Counted from the stretch's first letter, positions 1 through 11,460 are shown. The stretch: DNA of 64,000 nucleotides from Eledone cirrhosa (GCA_964016885.1 OZ024741.1:323206001-323270000); one strand, 5' to 3'. Numbers and translations are program-made. The notes: generated by a model not told the origin, from the letters alone.

Positions 1-126
1 GTATGTATGTATGTATGTATGTATGTATGTATGTGTATGTATGTGTGTATGTATGTGTGTATGTATGTGTGTATGTGTGTATGTGTGTGTGTGTGTGTAT
101 GTGTGTGTGTATGTGTGTGTGTGTGT
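1..126. repeat. Compound (TATG)n/(TG)n microsatellite
   Basis: Directly visible tandem repeats; similar TA/TG/CA tracts recur through 690-860, 1870-1990, 2190-2380 and 2810-2950. Confidence 0.95.
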
Positions 127-694
127 AATATGTAGAAAAAAGGTAAACAATGAGCAGTCAACGATGTTTTTGCTTTATGGAAAGGTGAGAGAGCACACAC
201 ATGTATATATTACACATATACACACACATGTATATATCAAATCAACATATAAACATGTATGAATATAAGTTTGTAACAAAAGTTGGTATGTATATAAAGA
301 AATGTATGTATAACATATGTATATGGTATGCAGCATGTATAATATAGCATATGCTATAAAGCGTTTACAAAATGTGTATATAAAGCATGTGTGTGTGTGT
401 GTGTGTGTGAATTGGGTATAAAGAATGTATGTAGTGTGTACAGTTATTTTCTGTTTCTAAATATCACCCAAAGCAATTAATGATGCATTAATCAATAATA
501 TTTTTAAAAAAATTTAGATTAGCTTAGAGCAAAAAAAAAAGTGAATGGAAAAGAGGGCAGGGAATAGAGAGTGAAGGAGAGTAAGGTGGATGAGAGAGAA
601 CATTTACCCCCCCTTCTCATATGTGACACTCACACTCACTGGGAGATGGGATCTTAAAGAATGGGTAAGAAAGAAAAGATCAAAATTATGTGTG

Positions 695-741
<47 letters not shown>

Positions 742-1894
742 GTGTATATCATATATATAAATATCTGTGTGTATCTACACATACATATATACACATAGAA
801 GTGTGTGTGTGTGTGTGTGTGTGTGTGTCTGCGTGTGTCTGCGCGTGTGTGCGCGTGTGTGTCTATAACTGTACAGAAAGTGTTTTGGTCCACACCCAGT
901 TACACGAGCTCTGTCACTCCCACCATCACTGCCACCCCTAACATAACATGTACAAGACATGTTGAGAAGCTGGATTGATGATGATGAGAATAATAATAAT
1001 GATGCTTACAATGATGGCAGTGGTGGTGGTGGTGGTGGTGCTGCTATCACAGAAGCTGTGGTCACTGCCTACAGTTGACCATACCAATCCATCATTGTCT
1101 AGCACTGTTGTAATACTATGGATTAAAGCGCATAAATTTTACAGTGTGCATGCCAGTCTATGTGTATATGTGTGTGTGTGTATAGATGTAGTAGTTAAAA
1201 TATCCAAAGGGACAGAGAGAACTCAATCTTGTGAGAAGATTTACATGTGTTTTAATATAGACCAATGTTTCCAAGTACTAAGCACATGCTTCCAAACTTG
1301 AGTATTGTTGGTATAGTTTCCCTTCAGGTACATCTTGCATGATGTCACATTTGAGGAGAAAATGGGTGCAAACATTCCAGTTTGCAAATGTGTAGGAAAA
1401 CATCAGTCTATTCACATATATACATACACACACACACACACACACCTGAGTCATGTGACTAATTAAAGACTGAGATAAAGGCAGCCAACCGATAAAAATC
1501 AAGAAAGTAGTAGTAGGAGAAATAGTAGATGTCCGTTCAGTAGTAGTAACAAAACTCTAGAAATGTTAACAGTAGTAGTATTATTAGTAATAGTAAAAGT
1601 TGTGTTAGTAGTACTGGTGGTGGTAATAGTAGTAGTAGCAGAGGTGATGGTAGTGCTGTTTGTAGTGTTGGTGGTTAAAAATCTACCACAGTACTAGCAG
1701 AACAATGGAATCTTGGAACCATGTTTTTATTTTTACAATTATCATCTTTAATTACATTAGAAATTATTGTCATTAAAATTAATAATATAATCATCATCAT
1801 TATTATCATTGTCATCATCTTTATTATACTTGCAGAATTGATTTTAAGTAGCTATATATATTAAATAAATATACATATGTATATATAGATACAT

Positions 1895-1975
<81 letters not shown>

Positions 1976-2028
1976 TATATATATACACATACATATTGGA
2001 AAATATGTGAAATCCTTGGTACAGTTAG

Positions 2029-2194
2029 GTATATTTGAAAAAAGGAAAAGAATGACTTCACTTGTAGCTGTAAACAATTTAATTTTATATTATAATTTTA
2101 CAATTTTGTTTTGTAAAACCAAAATTGTAAAATTATTTTATAAAATTAAATTGTTTAGAACTACAAGTCATTCTTTTCCTTTTTTCAAATATAC
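2029..2194. repeat. Near-perfect AT-rich palindrome with ~80-bp arms
   Basis: GTATATTTGAAAAAAGGAAAAGAATGACTT...AATTTTACAATTTTG is mirrored by CAAAATTGTAAAATT...AAGTCATTCTTTTCCTTTTTTCAAATATAC. The ORF track shows IFEKRKRMT on both strands. Confidence 0.9.
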
Positions 2195-2807
2195 ATATAT
2201 ATACATACACACACATATATATATATATACATACACACATATATACATACAAATATACACACACGTGTGTGTATGTGTGTATATATATACACACACACAT
2301 ATATATACATACACATATATACATATTCATATATATATATATGCACACGCACACAAACATACATACATACATATAATGTATACATAGCAAAAACAGACAA
2401 CTTTTTTTTTGTCTTTAAAACCTTAACCCTTAAGAATGAACCCCACCCCAACAGACAAAGCATACAATATTTTACATAGGTGCAGAACCTTTTGGGTTTT
2501 AAAGAAATTTACAAATATTTTTTATTTCATTTTTGTTATTTTTTTGCCGTTTTCCACTGTTTATATGTGTGCCCTTTTTTCGAAAACATTCTCTTTACAT
2601 CTCCCTTCTCGGTTAACAAAATACAAACCAACAAAATATGTATATATAAATTTCTTCTTTTTTTTTCTATCAAAAGAAATAAGTGAAGATTATTATAATC
2701 AATCTGAATTTTTTTTTAACAAAAATTGTGTATGTGTGTGCATGAGTGTTTGTATGTGTGCACATATGCATGTGTGAGTGTCCGTATGTCTATACAAGTC
2801 ATCTAGG

Positions 2808-2854
<47 letters not shown>

Positions 2855-3385
2855 GTATATATATCCGTATATATATATATGTATATATATATAAATATAT
2901 ATGTATATATATATGTATATACATATATATGTGTGTATGTGCATACACATGTATTTGTAAATGGTGGATCGTCCATTGGTTTTGACTATGATCATTCAGT
3001 CAGATATCCAATCAACTGAGTGACAAACATGACTGGTGAATTTACGTGCAAGTGGTTGAGTATTCCTTCCACAGACACATAGCATGTACCCTTAAAGTAA
3101 ATTCCTAAGCCAAATCACCATGACATATGTGAATACAAAGCTGGGGCCTATGAAATATAGGTACAGTCCATCCAACGAACTTAGATATAAGAAATAAAAT
3201 TGGAGAAATTGGAGAAAATATAGCAAACAAAAAACAAAAAAAAAAAAAAAACAAACTAGAGAAAAGATTTAATTGAAAAAAAAAAAAGTCTTTTTAAGAG
3301 AAAAAAAACCCCAGACTTAGTCCATGTTTTTTAGTGTTGTCATTCTCTGTCTGTGTGTCTTTTCATTCTTCATATATCACTGCAG

Positions 3386-3443
3386 TATATATATATAGAT
3401 ACATAAATGTATGTATGTATATATATATATATATACATAAATG

Positions 3444-3479
<36 letters not shown>

Positions 3480-3930
3480 AATGTATGTATGTATGTATAT
3501 ATATATATATACATAAATGTATGTATGTATATATATATATATATATATATATACATAAATGTATGTATGTATATATATATATATATATACACATAAATGT
3601 ATGTATGTATATATATATATACACACACAGATATATGTATAAACATGTATATATAGATTCACTCACAAACACACACATATATATATATATATAAAAACGT
3701 ACATATATATAGATACACACACAAACACACATACATACATATACATACATGTATATATATATACATGTATATATGCACATCATGCACATACACGCATGTA
3801 TGCATACACATACGCATATATACATACACACATGTATATGCACACGCATGTATACACACACACATGTATATATATACACTTGTATACACACACACATATA
3901 TATGTATGTATGTATGTATATATATATTAT
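3386..3930. repeat. Compound microsatellite with a higher-order unit ACATAAATGTATGTATGT(AT)n
   Basis: About six copies of the unit at 3400-3620, then mixed CA/TA repeats. Confidence 0.9.
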
Positions 3931-4439
3931 CATTCTTCCATTATGTGTAAAAAATACAATTTTTAGTCCCCAACTAATTCTTTGATGACATCACCACAAG
4001 GTGGTGGATGTGGTTATTGGTTGTGGTAGTGGTAGTGGTAGTGGTGGTGGTGGTGGTGGTGGTGGTGGTGTTGCTGTTCATCTCTTCTCATTTACTTTAG
4101 ATATATTTATATATATAATTAATTTTTTTAAATTTTATTCTTGTGTATGTTGTAGTTGTTTGTTTGTTTGTTTGTTTGTTTTTCTTCTTTTTAATTAATC
4201 AATTAATTAATTAAAGGTTTTCCATTTGCAGTGACATTTTCCATTGCCCCCCCCCCCTCCACTGGTGGCTGAGTCGTCAAATTTTTATGGTTTCTTTTTT
4301 TTAATTATCATTATTATTTTGTGTGTTGTCTTTTTTTTCTTTTTTTAACCCCCTGCACACATAACCTTGTCCACTCTTTCATTCGCTCTCAGCCACTGAT
4401 TGACCAATACCAATACAAACAACAATATGTGACACTACA

Positions 4440-4549
4440 TTAATTGCAGCATCCGACCTTAGTCTGTTGGTTTTGGTCGTTATTCAGTGTCAGTCCTTGT
4501 TGTCTCTGTTGCGAAGTAGTTCCAGTCTCATTCTTTGGCAATTTCTTGG
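4440..4549 (-). CDS. Rab5: Rab5 final coding exon (110 nt incl. stop): AKKLPKNETGTTSQQRQQGLTLNNDQNQQTKVGCCN*
   Basis: Acceptor TTTCAG after a T-rich tract; AKKLPK motif, hypervariable tail, C-terminal double cysteine for geranylgeranylation, TAA at 4442-4440. The five exons sum to 642 nt, in frame. Confidence 0.95.
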
Positions 4550-4613
4550 CTGAAATTATATAAAAAAAAACATAAAATAAAATAAAATAAAAAAATTACC
4601 ATTATTATTATTA

Positions 4614-4722
4614 TTTATTAACCACACAGGGCTCATATTAAGGAAACATTAAAGACAGTACACTGTATCATCCTGTACCATCTTTAATGTTTCTTTAATG
4701 AGAGACCTGAGTGGCTAATAAA
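4614..4722. repeat. Small fold-back element with ~45-bp arms just upstream of the last Rab5 acceptor
   Basis: TTTATTAACCACACAGGGCTCATATTAAGGAAACATTAAAGA is the imperfect reverse complement of TCTTTAATGTTTCTTTAATGAGAGACCTGAGTGGCTAATAAA. Confidence 0.8.
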
Positions 4723-4735
4723 GAAATTATTATTG

Positions 4736-4958
4736 ATTGGCAGAATCGGTAGGGCATCGGACACCCAGCTTTGCAGCATAGAGTTACGGTTCTTTACGGT
4801 CTGAGTTCAAATCCCTTCGAGGTTAGCTTTGCCTTTCATTCTTACGGGTTTGATAAAATAAAGTACCAGTAATACGCTGGAGTCAATTTAATCCACTTTC
4901 CCTTTCCTCCAAAATTGTTGGCATTGTGCCTAAATCAGAAACCATTATTATTATTATT
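4736..4958 (+). mobile_element. tRNA-derived SINE, family A (long variant)
   Basis: A-box-like TGGCAGAATCGGTAG, B-box GAGTTCAAATCC, central GCCTTTCAT..GATAAAATAAAGTACCAG, (ATT)n tail; many homologous copies in the window. Confidence 0.85.
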
Positions 4959-6177
4959 GTGCTGTAAATTTCAATTTCCTTTCATTATTAAAAGACATCT
5001 TGCAAAACCCACTTTTGGTAAACAGCAATCTAATAATAATAATAACAACTTGGGGGAGAGGGGGATATATTAACCCCAATACTTGAATGGTACTTTATGT
5101 TCAAGCAACGGGCCCAATATGACCCCCCACCACATTTGCTGGCCTAATACCAAGATTTATTATTATTACTACTACAACAAAGAAAGCATTATTGGGTTTT
5201 TCAAGGTGTCTTTTAATAATGATTTCTAATTTATTTTATCGGCAGGAATTGAACTCTGAGCGTAAAGGTCTGTAACTATATGTCCAACACTCTGCCGATA
5301 CTGCCAATCCACCAATGAAGTTTACAGCTCACAGTTATGCAGGTTTAGTTGTCTCCTGCAAGATTGTAGCTAATAGGAGAATGCCTGGAGGGTTTTATTG
5401 ATAGGCAGGCCCAATCCTATCATTAAGGGCAGTGAGAAAAGAAACTATGATCTTATAATTCAAAATTTAATACCTCAACCATTAGGCCATGCCCCTCCAC
5501 TTAATCACTAAGCCATACATTAAAATTTTTAAAAATAGGTTTTTGATCATCATATTTATCATCAACTCACATGCTGGCAAAGTTTGACAGATTGTTACTG
5601 TCCAAGACAAAATAGAGGTTGGGTAAGCATGTTATATATGTAGATCCCAAGTAAAATCAAGGGTAACCACAGTAAATAAGGTGCTTAATACTTAAGTAGA
5701 GTGAGGACATCGAAATTTAATATAGAAATGGCTTCTACGGGACTAGAACTGTTTCATTCGTATGAAATCATCACATTTATATATTAAATTTTGTTATATC
5801 ATCATCACTTAACATCCATTTCCTATGCTAGCAGTCCCGTTGTGAGACAGCCAGACAAAGAACTTATTTTGACTTGGTTTCTAAGGCTGGATGCCCTTCC
5901 TAACACCAACCACACAGTGTGTACTGGGTGTTTTTTGTCGTGATACCTACACGACTACTTTATAGTGTGCTTTTTGTGACTCCTACACAACTATTTTACA
6001 GTGTGAACTGGATGCTTATAGTCGTGGCTCCAAGTTGGCCGCTTTATGGTCTGGATTTGTGTGGGGTGATGAATGGGGAACTGGGGAGGTAGATTATATA
6101 CATATATATATATAAAAACGGTGAAGATGGTTTGCTAACTGTTGTGGAACTAACTTTATATATATTTATATATATAT

Positions 6178-6475
6178 CATCATCATCATCAACGTTTAAC
6201 GTCCGTGTTCCACGCTTGCATGGGTTTGGACGGGGGTAGTCCCACTTGAGGCAAGAGTGATTGTCTTGCTCGCATAGGACTGTCTGGCAGGTTTTCTACA
6301 GTTGGATGCCCTTCCTAACACCAACCACATTTACAGTGTGGGTCTGGGAGGTTTTTACCGTGTTGCCTACACGGCCACATTACAGCGTGGACTGTGTGTT
6401 TTTTTGTCGTGACACCTACACGATCTCATTTGTTTCGGCCTGGATGGCGCGGCACCAACATAACTTTACATAGAA
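6178..6475 (-). mobile_element. 3' part of an RTE-tailed SINE (family B-like) with a (GAT)n tail
   Basis: (CAT)n at 6178, then an RTE-like tail and the GGATGCCCTTCCTAACACCAACC motif. Related remnants lie at 5800-6040, 8640-8900, 28104-28270 and 31310-31452. Confidence 0.75.
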
Positions 6476-6525
6476 CGGGGTGGTGTGGATGGGGTGGGGG
6501 TGGTGGCGGGATGGAGTGTATTTTG

Positions 6526-7393
6526 TTAGAGATGCCTACTGGCAAGGCGGGTCTTCTCTGTTACTGAGTACCGCCAAAGGTCTCGGTCCAGTGACATTGT
6601 CTTGGAGAGGTGTACGTGTGTGAGGTCGGAGTTTATCAGCTCATCCCATGTTTTTCTAGGTCTGCCTATTCCGTGGCTACCGTCTATCTTTATTGTCCTG
6701 CACTTTGTTATACAGCTATCGACTTTCATGCGCATCACGTGTCCATACCAACGCAGCCTTCTCTCGAGTAAACAACATCTGATCCCTCTTATCTCTAATT
6801 TTTTCCTTAGTTCATTTATGCTTTGCCGTTCACGTATATTACTGTTACACATCCAGCGGAGCATGCAAGCTTCGTTCCTCTCTAGTCTGCGTATATCCTC
6901 TGCACACAATGCCCAGGTCTCACTACCATGCAACATTGCTGTTCGTATGCAGGCATCGTACAACCTGCCTTTCATTTTTAGGGAGAACCCTTTAGCAGCT
7001 AATAGTGGTATAAGCTCTCTGAACTTTTTCCAACCAGTTCTGACTCTAGCTACAGTACTTTCAGAGCACCCTCCCCCACTGCTGATTTTATCGCCCAGGT
7101 AACGGAAGCTGTCCACTATTTCTATAGAAACCTCTGCGCAATTGAAAGAGCTAGTATTTTGTGGGCACTTGCTGCTACTTATTGCACCAGAACACCGGCC
7201 ACATGTAAAATCTATGTTCTTGGTTAGCTTACCTGTGATCCCACTACATCTTTTATGCACCCATACTTTGCATTTAGGACATAAAATGGAGTTTCTACCT
7301 ACGCCTTTCCTACACACCGAGCACGACCATTTCCCAGAAGGGACCGCCGCCTTGTTTTCTTTCCTACAAACTAGAACTTTGGTCTTAGCCAGG

Positions 7394-7400
<7 letters not shown>
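6526..7400 (-). mobile_element. RTE-clade LINE, 5'-truncated; uninterrupted RT C-terminal ORF containing a PHD-type zinc finger
   Basis: KINLAKTKVL, FRYLGDKISSGGGCSE..ARVRTGWKKFREL, KGRLYDACIRTAMLHGSETWAL, RRLRWYGHVMR and GRPRKTW are characteristic RTE ORF motifs. No stop over ~290 codons; the 5' end abuts (TA)n. Confidence 0.92.
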
Positions 7401-7425
<25 letters not shown>

Positions 7426-7749
7426 CTATATATATACACACACCATATAGTAATTTTGTTGTTGATTTTTTTTAGGTCAACAATCAATGGTGTGATCTAT
7501 CTTAGGCACTCCACGTCATGGTTCTGAAAATGGTATCCAACGGAATAATAAACATTAATACTGATTGGAGTCAACTCTTAAAGACTATATACTACATGGA
7601 AGTATACCATACAAAATACAATCTTCCAAAATAATATCACCTATTTGATGAGTGACACAATGAACAAGAGGCTATTAAGTTATTCATCACCTCTGAAATA
7701 CAACATCATAGGAAATAAAATGGAGTTGAAAAAATAAAAGCCTCTCTCG

Positions 7750-8369
7750 CTAGATCCTACTCACATGCTTTGTTTTGACTTGGTTTCTTCGGCAGGTTGC
7801 ACTTCCCAATGCCAACCATTTTACAGCATGAACAGGGATCATGGTTTCTATGGTTGGATGCCCTTTTTAATGCCAACCACTTTACAGTGTGTACTGGGAG
7901 CATTTTATCGTGACTGACAATACCACCTTATAGAGTGGGCTGGGCTTTTTTTTGTCATGACACCAACACCAGAGAGAGAGAGTGAGAGAGAGGTAAAATC
8001 CAGATCACGGCACCAAGTCGTCGAGAATTTACCTATCGCATCTCCCAATGCATTGTGTACTCCCATGATTGGTGGTCTCGTTGGTCTCAGCACCACAGAC
8101 TATATATAAATATTAGAAAACCACCCTTTCCAACTTGTAAAATGGTGGTGCTGGTGTCACGACAAAAAGCACCCAGCCCACTCTGTAAGGTGGTATTGTC
8201 AGATTCACGATAAAATGCTCGCAGTACACACTGTAAAGTGGTTGGCATTAAAAAGGGCATCCAACCATAGAAACCATGATCCCTGTTCATGCTGTAAAAT
8301 GGTTGGCATTGGGAAGTGCAACCTGCCGTAGAAACCAAGTCAAAAACAAAGCATGTGAGTAGGATCTAG
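7750..8369. repeat. Long inverted repeat: arms 7750-7971 and 8146-8369, spacer ~174 bp
   Basis: CTAGATCCTACTCACATGCTTTG...GACACCAACACCA is matched almost base for base by TGGTGCTGGTGTC...CAAAGCATGTGAGTAGGATCTAG. The arms are SINE-B-derived. Confidence 0.95.
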
Positions 8370-9227
8370 TCACCTGACCAGTTAAACGGTGACGAGTGTG
8401 TGAGTGTGTGTGTGTGTGTGCACGTGCACGCAAATATTTTCTCTCACTAAAAGAATTTTTGTTCCATTTAATGTTTTAATAACATTAGAGAGTTAAGGAT
8501 TTTCTGTAAAACATAGGTAAGAGTTCTGCAATCTTTGCAAAATTGTACAACAGTTCTGTAACAAAAGTTTTGGGGGTTACTGTATTTGACAAAAGGAGCT
8601 CTTAAGGAGATTTAAAAAGATAAAATTTTAGATGTGAAACATCATCACCATTTAACATCTATTTTCCATGTCGGCAAGGGTTAGACAGGTTGTTACTGTC
8701 CGGGGCAAGACAGATCAGGTGATGTCTAGCTCATACAATCCATTTTTAGCATAATTTCTATGGCTATATGCCTTTCTTAACACCAACCACTTTACAGTGT
8801 GGACTGGGAGCATTTTATCATGGCAGCAGCACTACCACCTTCCAAGGTGGACTGGGTGTTTTTTTTTTTTTTTGTAGCACAAGCACTAGCACTTTTACAG
8901 AGAGGTCCAAGAACCTGTATAACATTGATATTTTAGTGATGACTGTCACAACACCACAGTTGTTGAGGTTTTTGTTTTATAATTTAAAAAAATTTAACTC
9001 TTAACACCCTGTAATGATTTTGCAGAAAATATCAAAAAATGAGTTTGTTAATTCAAATGTCTACAGTGTCTTTTCTAGTAGATAGATCATTGTGAAAATG
9101 TGCAGTATTAGAGCAAAGACCAATGCAGTTTCATACGATACAGGACATTAATAGTCAAGTTGGATTCAGATTTGCAAAAAAAAAAAAGAAAAAAAAAAGG
9201 GGGTAAGAAAGAAATTGTATGACTTAC

Positions 9228-9321
9228 CAATTGCAAGGAATATTTCATTGACATTCATTGCAGTTTTAGCCGATGTTTCCATGAATAACAAACTATTTTC
9301 ATCTGCATAAGCTTGTGCCTC
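9228..9321 (-). CDS. Rab5: Rab5 coding exon 4 (94 nt): [31 protein letters not shown]
   Basis: Translated by hand. Acceptor TTGCAG, G5 motif ETSAK, donor G|GTAAGT (phase 1). Confidence 0.96.
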
Positions 9322-9825
9322 CTGCAATATAAAGTTGATATTGTGAGTATCACAGTAGATATTAATATAAAGTTGATATCAGTCCAATAGTAGATATAAT
9401 TGCTCTAAACATATCAAATTGTGTACTAAGCAGCTGAAATATACTATAAGTTCATATCTGTACACAAACAATACAGGACTTAACTAAAACTGAGAAATTA
9501 GCATACACATCTATATATGTAAACTGTGATAAAGGTAAATATTCACATTTATACATGTGTGATATTGTGTTCTTGAACAGTTTGTATAATTCATTTAACA
9601 TCCATTGTGTTGAAGTGGGTCATACAGTAGTTAGTCTGTAGACAAATAGAACATATCTTCTATAAATAATGTATCATGTTATGAAGGAAGTTAATGTCTG
9701 ATTTTCTTCAACAGTTTGATACTCAAGAAGAGCCTTTGGTTAAGGTGTAGAATTCACATGATATCTCAGTTTTTCTTCAACATGCAAACTGTGAGAAAGG
9801 TAAACACACACACACATCTATATAT

Positions 9826-11150
9826 AATAATAATAATAATAATGAAATTATTGTGTACAGTGCTCAGGTGCACTACAACTCATCAAAGGTGCATGTATAG
9901 TACATAGAATAATGTACAAATGTCAGGAAAATAAACAGTGTATGAGTCATGATATAATAACAATAACAATAATGAAATATTGTGTACAGTGCCCAGGTGC
10001 ACCACAACTCATCAAAAAAAGTGCATGTACAGTACATAGGGCAATGCACAAACATCAGTAAAATGAACAGTGCACGAGTCATGATACACACATGTGTGCA
10101 TGTGTATGGAAGGGGTACATCAGGTGTAGTTTTGGCGTATTTTGGGAAGCATGAGTGTCTTAAAGGATGCAGTGTCTCGGCAGCTAACAATTGACGCAGG
10201 CAGTTTGTTCCATGCTTCAGCAACTCTGAGCGTGAAAAAATGTCTGCGAAAGTCATGGGAGCTGTGCTGTTTTCTTATCTTGTAGGCATGTCCACGTGTG
10301 TTAGACACATGGAGATCAAAGAGGCGCTCAGGGTTGCAGTTGGCGAGATGGTTAAAAACTTTGTGGGTATTCACCAAGTCCATTGCCAGACGTCGGAGCT
10401 TCAATGAATCCATGCCCAGGGAAGCAAGGCGTTCAGAGTATGGTAGGTGTCTGATGGAGGGTATGCGCTTGGTTGCACGTCTCTGAACAGTTTCCAGGAG
10501 GTCAATGTTCCGAGCAAGATAGGGGTTCCAGACTGATGATGCGAATTCCAAGTGTGGTCGCACCATAGCTGTATACAGTTTTAAATAGATGGCTGGAGAG
10601 CGGCTAACAAAGGTCTTGCTGAGTGATGCCAAGACACCCTCGGCCTTCTTGACAATCTTAGAGACATGCTTTGTCCAACGCAAATCGTTGCTGACAGTAA
10701 TGCCCAGGTCACGTTCACAAGAGGACTTTTTGATGTCAGTGTTGTGGAGGGAGTATGTGGACGCTGGATTTTTCCTTCCAAAATGCATGGTGGTACACTT
10801 GTCCACAGCCAGCTTCAGTTGCCAGTCTGTGATCCATTGCTGCATTGTGTCCAGGTCTGATTGTAGGAAAGAGTTGTAAATTTCAGGATCAGTCCTTTTG
10901 ATTTCAAGGTACAGCTTGATGTCATCTGCATATTTTAGTACCGTGGCATTCTGTAAGTTGGCATCTATGTCATTAATATATGCCACAAACAAAAGAGGAC
11001 CAAGAACAGATCCCTATGGTACACCAGATGACATCTCATATGGTGAAGAATGCTGTCCTAGAACCGTGACTACTTCCTTTCGGCTGAGAATGAAGGATTT
11101 CAGCCAGTCGAAAAGATCATCCCTCACACCCATTGCAGAGAGTTTTGTAA
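9826..11150 (-). mobile_element. CR1/L2-group LINE, 5'-truncated RT C-terminus plus a duplicated 3' UTR
   Basis: SSGVP*GSVLGPLLFVAYINDI, KYADDIKLY, ERDLGI, VRPHLEFASSVWNPY, LETVQRRATK and FFTLRVAEAWNKLP. One in-frame TAG (11016-11014) replaces the Q of PQG; (TTA)n tail. Confidence 0.92.
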
Positions 11151-11314
11151 ACATGCTCATTAGTTTAGAAGGCACACACCAATGACCCCAGAAACACAAC
11201 ACACAACAAAAAAGGTTTTTAGGTTAATAGAGGGAATCATTTTGTACAGGATATGCATGAAGATTTAGTTTTGGCAAACAAAGTAAAGCAATTATTTCAT
11301 GTTAATAAAGCTTA

Positions 11315-11460
11315 ATTCCATTGCATGGAGCCTTGGGTTGAAATCAATAAAATAAGTGCCAAACTTGAAAGTATATGTACTAGGGTCAATATGATTGACT
11401 AAGTCCCTTCGAGTCAGTGCCCCAGTAAGGCTGAAACTAGTAAAAGAATATAAAAGAATA
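11315..11460 (+). mobile_element. 3' part of a third SINE family (C) ending in CTGAAACTAGTAAAAGAATA
   Basis: Homologous segments at 46760-46918 and 59200-59320 (GGGGTCAATATGATTGACTAA...ACTAGTAAAAGAAT). Confidence 0.6.

Noticed and set aside
11-3985. Many 60-190-aa ORFs rich in Y/I/C/V/H/T
   Set aside because: They are translations of TA/TG/CA microsatellites, with no protein motifs or splice support.
6602-7102. Antisense ORFs over LINE fragments (also 10298-11185 + and 26073-26552 -)
   Set aside because: These are shadow frames of RT-coding sequence with no independent evidence.
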